Shown here piece by piece: positions 9,458 to 16,801 of a stretch of DNA of 32,000 nt; the first letter of the stretch is position 1; every line of letters begins with the position of its first letter. The stretch comes from an uncultured Actinomycetes bacterium (lineage in GTDB: Bacteria; Actinomycetota; Actinomycetes; S36-B12; CAIYMF01). A model generated the notes under the pieces. That model worked only from the letters and a program-made list of their open reading frames with translations, ran no database searches and was not told where the DNA came from. The stretch spans positions 210,001 to 242,000 of the forward strand of contig CAWJMG010000001.1 of NCBI GenBank assembly GCA_963843975.1, written 5' to 3'. The position numbers and the translations under genes are program-made.

Positions 9458-12385
9458 TCAGGGGCGGACGGCCAGGCCGTCGATGCTGACGCCGGTGGTG
9501 CCTGCCGACTCGACCTTCAGCTTCACCGTCGCGCCCGAGAGCGTCGCGGACGAGACGCTGACGAGCACGCGGTCCTTCGCCTTGCCGGAGGTGCTCACGA
9601 GCGCCACCCGCTTGCTGCCGATGTAGACGCCGACCTTGCCCCCGCCGGCCTTGGTGCGGATGACCAGCACGAGCCCGTGACCCCGCACGCCCGTCAGCGT
9701 GAGGGTGTCCCCCACCCGCTTGGACGTCGTGATCGTGTTGCGGTAGGTCGTGCCCGAGTAGGCCTTCGTCCAGGCGTTGCGCGAACCCTTGGTGAGCGAC
9801 ACCTCGTCCACCGGAGTGGTCGTGCAGCGCACGGCGGCGGTCGACCGGCCGCCCACGGCGTCGAAGGCGACCACCTCGGCGCAGGTCGAGACACCCGCCT
9901 TGAACGGCGTGGTCCACGCGCGCGCGGTCGAGGCGAGGGCCTTGGCCGCGCCGTAGGCGCCGTACCCCGAACGGGCCGTAGCTGTACGGGTGCGGACGGA
10001 GAATCCGCTCAGCCCGGTCGCGTCCGAGGCGTTCCAGGTGAGCGCCGGTGCGGACAGCGTGATCTTCGCCGGCGTCGACACCGAGAGCGTGGGCACCGGG
10101 TCGCAGTGGCCGAAGCGCAGGTTGTCGACGAACCAGCCGTAGTCGCCGATGGAGGAGTCCGAGCCGACGACGAAGGCGAGCCGGACGTTGGCGGTGCCGA
10201 TCGCGCCGAAGCCGATGCGCGAGGTCTGGTAGCCGCTGCTCGTGCCGACGTACGCAGGACGAGTGGTGATCGCTCCCCCCTGGTTGTTCAGCGGGTTGGA
10301 GCCGTCGCCGACGTCGAGGCCGCCGTTGTATCCGTTGCCGGTGATGAGCGACCCGGCGTCGTGCCACGTGCTGCCCTCGTCGGTGCTGTAGAGCAGCACG
10401 CCGCCGTCGAACTGCTGGCCGTCGAACTGGTCGAACGAGAACGCGTGGTCGAACTGCACGTACGACGAGGCGGTCACCGGGAACGACGACGACATCGCGA
10501 TCGTGCCGGTACCTGCGCTGCCCGGGTCGTCGCCCCACAGGTTGTTGCCGCCGTCGGTCGGGTAGACCGGGTTGATCGAGTAGGGGTTCTCGCTGGCCCA
10601 GTACCAGCTCTGCTGGCCGAAGGTCGACGAGCGGGTCCAGCCGCCGGCTGCAGGGCTCTCGAACGAGTCGCGGCGGTCGAGCACGGGGGTGCTGCCGGCC
10701 GGGCACGCGGCGGGTGTCGCGGCCGTGGGCGCCGACAACGGCGGGGTGTCCATCGAGACTGCCGCGATCGCGTCGTTCACCGAGGTGCAGTCGGCCGCCG
10801 TCACGGTGCCGGCGGAGGCGAGCGACGAGCACGCCTGACGGAGCGCCGACGCCAGACCGCGGTAGTCGGTGGCGGGCGTGAGCAGCTGCGTCGCGGCGTA
10901 GATGATCTGCGCCGCCTTGTTGATGCCGAGGCCGCGCACGGTGCGGCCGCGGAACGTGTCCCCATCGGTCAGCAGGTACGCGAACTTGTTGCCGACGCCG
11001 CTGTTGAAGTGGACGCCGCCCGAGTCGACGACGTACCCGTGCGCCAGGTCGCGCCCGTCGAAGTAGTTGGTGCTCTGCGTGGAGTCGGGGTCCCCGAACT
11101 GCGTCGGGTCCTTCATGTTCCGGATGGCGCCGATGACCGGGAGGTCCTCGCCGAGCTGCCAGCGGACTCCGGCGCTGTCGTTGCCGACGCCATCGGTGAG
11201 GTCGACGTACTCGCCGAAGATGTCCGAGAGGGACTCGTTGATGGCGCCGCTCTGGAAGAAGTAGAAGAGCCCGGACGTGCGCTCGGTCACGCCGTGGGTG
11301 AGCTCGTGCGCGACGACATCGTCGGCCGAGGCGAAGCCTGCGCCGTACACCATCTGCGAGCCGTCCCAGAACGCGTTGTCGTAGGGGCAGTTCGACAGCG
11401 GGTCGGGGTCGCAGTAGTTGACCGTCGAGACCAGCGTCATGCCCTGGCCGTCGATGGAGTCACGCCCGAACATCGTCCGGTAGAAGTCGTACGTCGCACC
11501 TGCGAACGCGTAGGCCGTCTCGACCTCGGCATTGCCCGGTGCCCCGCCCTCGGTGCGCACCGGTGCCGAGCACGGCACGCCGGCGCCGCGCACGTTGTTG
11601 GCGTCGCAGACCGTGCGGTTCTTGGCGTGGTCGATCTCGTCGAAGGTGAGCGCGATCGTGCCGCGCTGCGCGTCCACGAGCACGAGGCGACGCACCGCGA
11701 CGTCGACCGACGAGGTCACCTCGGTGCGCCACACGAGCCGTGCGCCGGACGGGCTACCGGGGGCGCCGAGGATGGCCGGGTCGTAGATCGTGAGGGTCGG
11801 GGCGGCGGCCTCCAGCGAGGAGGCCGGCTGCTGGACATCGCGGGCGATGAGGGCGCGGGCGCTCGCCGCGGCTGCGGCTGACGGAACCGTCGGGGTCGTC
11901 GCCGGGGCCGCACCGGGGAGGGTCTCGCTGAGCGCGCCGCGGACGGCGCCGGTGGGACTGACGTCGACCACGACCTCGCCGCCGAGCACGGGGACGCCGC
12001 CGACGGTCTGCGGCAACCGCACGACCGAGCCGCCGGCGACCGAGCGCGTGGTGGTTGCGGCGCCCAGGTCGCCGCGCAGGCCGAGGGCGCGTGCGTTCTG
12101 GACGGCGAACGCGCGGGCCACGGCTGAGTGCGAGGAGCCCGGCGCGACGGTCGGCGCGCCGAGGGCGCGCGCCTGCGAGGCGGAGATGGCGTGGCTGCTG
12201 CCGTCGGACGCGGATACCGCGCCGGACGGGGCGACGACGGCCGGGTCCTGCCCGCCGGAGGTGCTCACGGCCGAGGCGGGCAGAGCTCCTGCGGCCAGTG
12301 CCGCTGCTGCCGCCACCACGATCGCGATGGTCGATCCACGTCGCACGTGCTTGGTCACTGCCCCACCCTCAGGTCCGCGGGGCAC
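9458..12385 (-). CDS. Secreted M4 (thermolysin-like) zinc metallopeptidase with large C-terminal extension
   Basis: Contains HEXXH (VVAHELTHGV) and the downstream GAINESLSDIFG Glu-ligand motif. The N-terminus has a signal-like segment (STIAIVVAAAAALAAGALPASA) followed by a propeptide-like region. About 430 aa of C-terminal beta-rich domains follow the catalytic domain. The start may instead be the GTG at 12358. Confidence 0.9.
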   Translation of the reverse strand: MPRGPEGGAVTKHVRRGSTIAIVVAAAAALAAGALPASAVSTSGGQDPAVVAPSGAVSASDGSSHAISASQARALGAPTVAPGSSHSAVARAFAVQNARALGLRGDLGAATTTRSVAGGSVVRLPQTVGGVPVLGGEVVVDVSPTGAVRGALSETLPGAAPATTPTVPSAAAAASARALIARDVQQPASSLEAAAPTLTIYDPAILGAPGSPSGARLVWRTEVTSSVDVAVRRLVLVDAQRGTIALTFDEIDHAKNRTVCDANNVRGAGVPCSAPVRTEGGAPGNAEVETAYAFAGATYDFYRTMFGRDSIDGQGMTLVSTVNYCDPDPLSNCPYDNAFWDGSQMVYGAGFASADDVVAHELTHGVTERTSGLFYFFQSGAINESLSDIFGEYVDLTDGVGNDSAGVRWQLGEDLPVIGAIRNMKDPTQFGDPDSTQSTNYFDGRDLAHGYVVDSGGVHFNSGVGNKFAYLLTDGDTFRGRTVRGLGINKAAQIIYAATQLLTPATDYRGLASALRQACSSLASAGTVTAADCTSVNDAIAAVSMDTPPLSAPTAATPAACPAGSTPVLDRRDSFESPAAGGWTRSSTFGQQSWYWASENPYSINPVYPTDGGNNLWGDDPGSAGTGTIAMSSSFPVTASSYVQFDHAFSFDQFDGQQFDGGVLLYSTDEGSTWHDAGSLITGNGYNGGLDVGDGSNPLNNQGGAITTRPAYVGTSSGYQTSRIGFGAIGTANVRLAFVVGSDSSIGDYGWFVDNLRFGHCDPVPTLSVSTPAKITLSAPALTWNASDATGLSGFSVRTRTATARSGYGAYGAAKALASTARAWTTPFKAGVSTCAEVVAFDAVGGRSTAAVRCTTTPVDEVSLTKGSRNAWTKAYSGTTYRNTITTSKRVGDTLTLTGVRGHGLVLVIRTKAGGGKVGVYIGSKRVALVSTSGKAKDRVLVSVSSATLSGATVKLKVESAGTTGVSIDGLAVRP

Positions 12386-12443
12386 GCTCGCGTGCGATCC
12401 CCCGGCAGAGCGTAAGCCTCGTGGGCGCCCGAACCGTCATCCG

Positions 12444-13952
12444 CTAGGCCGAGGCCACCACGAGTTCACCCAACCGACATGCGGGGCCTTCGCCCCCGGG
12501 GGTGATGAGGCGGTCAGCCGGGCAGGGGCAGCGTGATCCGGGCGGAGGTGCCGACGCCGTCCTCGCCGGGGCCGAGCTCAGCTCGCCCGCCAGCTCCTCG
12601 GTGATGAGGGTGCGCACGATCTGGAGGCCGAGGCGTCCGGTGCCGAACGGGTCGAGGTCGGGCGGGATCCCCGGCCCGGAATCGACGACCGACACGACCA
12701 GCCGCTTGTCCTCGCGGCGCGGCAGCAGCCGCACATCGGCCCCGCCGCCGTGCTCGACGGCGTTCTGGAGCAGCTCGGACAGCGCCATCGACAGCGGCGT
12801 CACGATGTCGGCGGAGAGGATGCCGAAGCTGCCGACCCGCACGACCGACACCTGGCGGGACGACAGCGACATGTCGCGCACGAGCGCGATGACCTTGTCG
12901 GCGACCTCGTCGACGTCGACCTTCTCCCCCGGCGTGTGCGCCAAGGTCTCGTGCACGACCGCGATCGCGCCGACCCGGCGTACGGCCTCCTCGAGCGCGA
13001 CCCGGGCCTCGGGCACGTCGATCCGCCGCGCCTGCAGCCGCAGCAGCGCGGCCACGGTCTGCAGGTTGTTCTTCACGCGGTGGTGGATCTCGCGGATCGT
13101 GGCGTCCTTGCTCATGATCGCGCGGTCGCGGCGTCGGATCTCGGTCGCGTCGCGCACGAGCACAACAGCGCCGGAGTTCACGCCGCCGCGCCGGAGCGGC
13201 ACGCCGCGCAGCGTGACGACGGCGCCGGAGTTCTCGACCTCGGCGCCACCGGCTGCGCGACCCGAGGCCACGACCGCGAGGGCCTCGTCGACCGGCCCGG
13301 GGCGCCGCGCGAGCTTGGCCGCGGTCTTGGCGAGCTGCACGCCGACGAGGTCGGTCGCGAGGCCGAGGCGGTGGAACGCCGAGCGCGCGTTGGGAGAGGC
13401 GAAGACCACGACGCCCTCGGCGTCGAGCCGCACGAAGCCGTCGCCCGCTCGCGGCGGCGAGCCCGTGCGGGCGAGCGGCTGCGACGGCGGGAAGGTGCCC
13501 TCGACGATCATCGATGCGAGGTCGTCGGCGGCCTCGAGGTAGGCGCGCTCGAGCGGGCCGACGGCGCGGTCGTTCAGCGCGTAGTGGCGCTCGATGACGC
13601 CGAGCACGCGGCCTGCACGGATCACCGGGATCGCCTCGACGGGTGCCGGCCCCCGGATGCCGCGGTCGGCGACGACCGCACGCGAGGCCACGGCGCGGTC
13701 GAGCATCGGGCGCCGCCCGCGCGGGGTGAACTGGCCGACGATGTCGTCGAGCAGGCTCGTCGGGCCGGTGGTCGGGCGCACCTGGTCGGCGGCCACGAAG
13801 CCGCCGCCGTGCCAGGTGGGCAGCCAGAGGACGAGGTCGGCGAAGGCGAGGTCGGCGAGGAGCGTCCAGTCGCCGACGAGGGCCCGCAGGTGGTCGAGGT
13901 CGGCGTCGGACAGGTCGGTGCGCTCGGAGGCGACGTCGTCCAGCCTGGCCAC
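12444..13952 (-). CDS. pdtaS: PdtaS-type cytoplasmic sensor histidine kinase (GAF/PAS N-terminus, HisKA_2 H-box), probable C-terminal frameshift
   Basis: H-box EIHHRVKNNLQTVAALL, N-box ELLQNAVEHG, G1 DSGPGIP, G2 GRLGLQIV. The N-terminus (LRALVGDWTLLADLAFADLVLW) resembles Mtb PdtaS. After ...EELAGEL the frame gives a Pro/Ala/Cys-rich tail. A different frame gives the expected ...ELGPGEDGVGTSARITLPLPG* and stops at 12514. Confidence 0.85.
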   Translation of the reverse strand: MARLDDVASERTDLSDADLDHLRALVGDWTLLADLAFADLVLWLPTWHGGGFVAADQVRPTTGPTSLLDDIVGQFTPRGRRPMLDRAVASRAVVADRGIRGPAPVEAIPVIRAGRVLGVIERHYALNDRAVGPLERAYLEAADDLASMIVEGTFPPSQPLARTGSPPRAGDGFVRLDAEGVVVFASPNARSAFHRLGLATDLVGVQLAKTAAKLARRPGPVDEALAVVASGRAAGGAEVENSGAVVTLRGVPLRRGGVNSGAVVLVRDATEIRRRDRAIMSKDATIREIHHRVKNNLQTVAALLRLQARRIDVPEARVALEEAVRRVGAIAVVHETLAHTPGEKVDVDEVADKVIALVRDMSLSSRQVSVVRVGSFGILSADIVTPLSMALSELLQNAVEHGGGADVRLLPRREDKRLVVSVVDSGPGIPPDLDPFGTGRLGLQIVRTLITEELAGELSSAPARTASAPPPGSRCPCPADRLITPGGEGPACRLGELVVASA

Positions 13953-14011
13953 GCCGCAACGCTAGTGGTTACGCGCTCGACGTCGCCGCACCGGCCCGAC
14001 AGGCTGGTGCC

Positions 14012-14833
14012 GTGCGAGTGTCGAGACCGGCCGACGCGTCGGAGTTCCTGGAGCGGACCGCCGAGCTGCGGTCCGCGGACCCTGTGCGCACCAACGTCAT
14101 CGGGTCGGTCGCCCTCGGGGTCGCCGCCGGCCGCCGGTACGACGCCGAGCACTGGTTCGTCGTCGAGGGGGACGACGGCACCGTGGTCGGAGCGGCGGTG
14201 TGGACGCAGCCGTACCGCCTCCTGCTGCCGCCGATGCCCGACGACGCCGCCGACGCCCTCGCCGCCCACCTCGCCTCCTTCACCGTGCGCCCCCCGGGCC
14301 TGATCGGCCCCGACGACGTCGCGAAGCGCGTCGCGGCCGGCGCCGGATGGACCGTGCGGGAGCACATGCGCGAGAAGCTGCTGGTGCTGCAGGAGTTCGT
14401 GCCGTCGACCGGCGTGCCCGGCTCGTCACGGCCGCTCACCGACGACGACGTCGACATCGCGACCGAGTGGATACGGCAGTTCTCGATCGACTCCGGCGCG
14501 CTCATCACCGACCCTCGCGAGGCGGTCGTCGGCCGCATGACCCACCACCGCTTCTGGGTCGTCGACGGCGAGCCCGTCGCGTTCGCGAGCCATGCGCCCC
14601 TGGTCGAGTCGCCCGCCGGCACGGTGGGACGCGTCGGCCCGGTCTACACGCCGGCCGAGCACCGCCGGCGCGGCTACGGCGCCGCGATCACGTCGGCGGT
14701 CGTCGAGCACCTGCTGCCGCTCACCACGACGGTGATGCTCTACACCGACGCCGCCAACCCGACGAGCATTGGCGTGTACGAGCGGCTCGGCTTCCGTGTG
14801 GTGGCCGACGTCGTCGACCTCGAGCTCGTCTGA
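14012..14833 (+). CDS. GNAT family N-acetyltransferase (two-lobed, Eis-like size)
   Basis: Acetyl-CoA motif VYTPAEHRRRGYGAAITSAVV and a C-terminal NPTSIGVYERLGFRVV. GTG start at 14012. Confidence 0.75.
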   Translation: MRVSRPADASEFLERTAELRSADPVRTNVIGSVALGVAAGRRYDAEHWFVVEGDDGTVVGAAVWTQPYRLLLPPMPDDAADALAAHLASFTVRPPGLIGPDDVAKRVAAGAGWTVREHMREKLLVLQEFVPSTGVPGSSRPLTDDDVDIATEWIRQFSIDSGALITDPREAVVGRMTHHRFWVVDGEPVAFASHAPLVESPAGTVGRVGPVYTPAEHRRRGYGAAITSAVVEHLLPLTTTVMLYTDAANPTSIGVYERLGFRVVADVVDLELV

Positions 14834-14890
14834 CGCCGAGGTCTCCGGACCTGCTTCGCGCAGAGGTTACCGGCGGGTAGGTTGTCCGCC

Positions 14891-16585
14891 ATGACCGACC
14901 ACGACGACGTCCCCACGCTCAACGCCCACGGTGGCGCCCACGCGGTCCAGGCGGCCGCGGCACACGGCATCGAGACCATGTTCACGCTGTCCGGCGCGCA
15001 CGTGTTCCCGCTGTACGACGCCGCCGTCGGGGGCAAGGCCGGAGCAGACTCCGGAACGCCGGGGCCGATGCGCCTGGTCGACGTCCGGCACGAGCAGACC
15101 GCGGTGTTCGCGGCCGAGGCGACCGCGAAGCTCACGCGCACACCGGGTCTCGCCGTCGTGACCGCCGGCCCGGGCGTCACCAACGTCGTCAGCGGCATCA
15201 CGACGGCGCACTTCAACGGCAGCCCGCTGCTCGTGCTCGGCGGCCGCTCCCCCGACAACCGCTGGGGCTCGGGTGCGCTGCAGGAGCTCGACCAGCCGCC
15301 GCTCGTCGCGCCGGTCACCAAGCACTCCGCGACCGTGCACGAGACCGCCGCGATCGGCACCGCGGTCTCCGACGCGCTCACCACGGCGTCGTCCCCGCAC
15401 CGCGGCCCGGTGTTCCTCGACGTCCCGATGGACGTGCTCTTCTCCTGGGCCGACGTCCCCGTCGCGAGCCCGGCCGCCGTCAGCCCGCAGGCCTCCGATC
15501 CCGACGACGTCGACGAGGTGGCTCGCCTGCTCGGCGAGGCCGTGCACCCCGTGCTCGTCCTCGGCGGCGACGTGTGGGCCGGCGGCGCGGAGCACAGCGC
15601 GCTTCGCCTCGCCGAGCAGCTCGGCATCCCCGTCATCGCCAACGGCATGGGTCGCGGCGTGCTGCCCGCCGGCCACCCGCTGCTCGTCACGAAGGCCCGC
15701 AGCGCGGCGTTCGGCGAGGCCGACCTCGTGGTCGTCGTCGGCACGCCCCTGGACTTCCGTCTCGGCTACGGCGTCTTCGGCGGCAAGGACGGCGCCGCGC
15801 CGGCCGCGGTCGTGCACGTCGTCGACTCCCCCGACCAGCTCTCGCGCACGGCCCAGGTCGCGGCGCGCGTCGTCGGCGATCTGCGCCTCTCGCTCGACGC
15901 CGTGCTCGCCGCCGTCGACCTTCTGCTGCGCCGGCCGTCGTACGACGACTGGGCCAGCCGCCTGCGCGACATCGCCGCGGCGAACGGCGCCCGCGACGCC
16001 GCCGACCTCGCGAGCGACCGCGACCCGATCCACCCTGCGCGCATCTACGGCGAGCTTCTGCCGCGCCTCGCCGAGGACTCCGTGGTGATCGGCGACGGCG
16101 GCGACTTCGTGTCGTACGCCGGCAAGTACGTCGAGCCCTCGCGACCCGGCGGATGGCTCGACCCCGGGCCCTACGGCTGCCTCGGCACCGGCCTCGGCTA
16201 CGCGATCGCGGCGCGCGTGGCGCGGCCGTCGTCCCAGGTGGTGCTGCTGCTCGGCGACGGCGCCGCGGGCTTCTCGCTCATGGACGTCGACACCCTCGTG
16301 CGGCACAACCTGCCGGTCGTGATGATCGTGGGCAACAACGGCATCTGGGGGTTGGAGAAGCACCCCATGCAGTTCCTGTACCAGTACGACGTGGCCGCCG
16401 AGCTGCGCCCCGGCACCCGCTACGACGAGGTCGTGAAGGGCCTCGGTGCCGACGGCGAGACGGTGACCAGCGCCGACCAGATCGGCGCAGCGCTCGACCG
16501 CGCCTTCGCCGCGAACGCGCCGTACCTCGTCAACGTCCTCACCGACCCCCGGATCGCTTACCCCCGGAACACCACCGGCGTCTGA
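14891..16585 (+). CDS. Thiamine-diphosphate-dependent enzyme, acetolactate synthase large-subunit-like
   Basis: Has an N-terminal Pyr domain (VRHEQTAVFAAEA...TAGPGVTN). It has a central domain and a C-terminal ThDP-binding motif LLGDGAAGFSLMDVDTLVRHNLPVVMIVGNN. I prefer the ATG at 14891 over the TTG at 14882. Confidence 0.85.
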   Translation: MTDHDDVPTLNAHGGAHAVQAAAAHGIETMFTLSGAHVFPLYDAAVGGKAGADSGTPGPMRLVDVRHEQTAVFAAEATAKLTRTPGLAVVTAGPGVTNVVSGITTAHFNGSPLLVLGGRSPDNRWGSGALQELDQPPLVAPVTKHSATVHETAAIGTAVSDALTTASSPHRGPVFLDVPMDVLFSWADVPVASPAAVSPQASDPDDVDEVARLLGEAVHPVLVLGGDVWAGGAEHSALRLAEQLGIPVIANGMGRGVLPAGHPLLVTKARSAAFGEADLVVVVGTPLDFRLGYGVFGGKDGAAPAAVVHVVDSPDQLSRTAQVAARVVGDLRLSLDAVLAAVDLLLRRPSYDDWASRLRDIAAANGARDAADLASDRDPIHPARIYGELLPRLAEDSVVIGDGGDFVSYAGKYVEPSRPGGWLDPGPYGCLGTGLGYAIAARVARPSSQVVLLLGDGAAGFSLMDVDTLVRHNLPVVMIVGNNGIWGLEKHPMQFLYQYDVAAELRPGTRYDEVVKGLGADGETVTSADQIGAALDRAFAANAPYLVNVLTDPRIAYPRNTTGV

Positions 16586-16661
16586 TCAGCGTTGCTGGGC
16601 CCCCGCTGCCGACGAAGGAGGCAGTAGGGGAGTACCCCCGGAACACCACGGGCGTCTGATC
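16559..16661 (+). repeat. 29-bp direct repeat duplicating the 3' end (last codons plus stop) of the ThDP-enzyme gene
   Basis: tacccccggaacaccaCcggcgtctgatc (16559-16587) matches tacccccggaacaccaCgggcgtctgatc (16633-16661) at 28 of 29 positions. The period is 74 bp. Confidence 0.85.
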
Positions 16662-16801
16662 CGGGGCGACGCCTGTGGGTGAGCCCGGCACTGTGCCCGG
16701 CCTGATCACTTCAGGCCATTGCTCCGTTCGGGTGAACGGCCCCACAGTGCAGCAACCTGCATCACCGCTGATCGGACTCGGGGGTCCTGATACCGAACTC
16801 C

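Noticed and set aside
9405-11881. Long ORFs 9405-10832 (minus) and 9677-11881 (plus) overlapping the M4 peptidase
   Set aside because: They are alternative-frame or antisense shadows with Arg/Gly/Asp-rich composition and no motifs. The HEXXH-containing frame explains the region.
12514-13959. 481-aa alternative-frame ORF over pdtaS
   Set aside because: It is an Arg/Pro/Gly-rich shadow along almost its whole length. Only its last ~23 codons (ELGPGEDGVGTSARITLPLPG) look genuine, and I interpret them as the displaced C-terminus of PdtaS.
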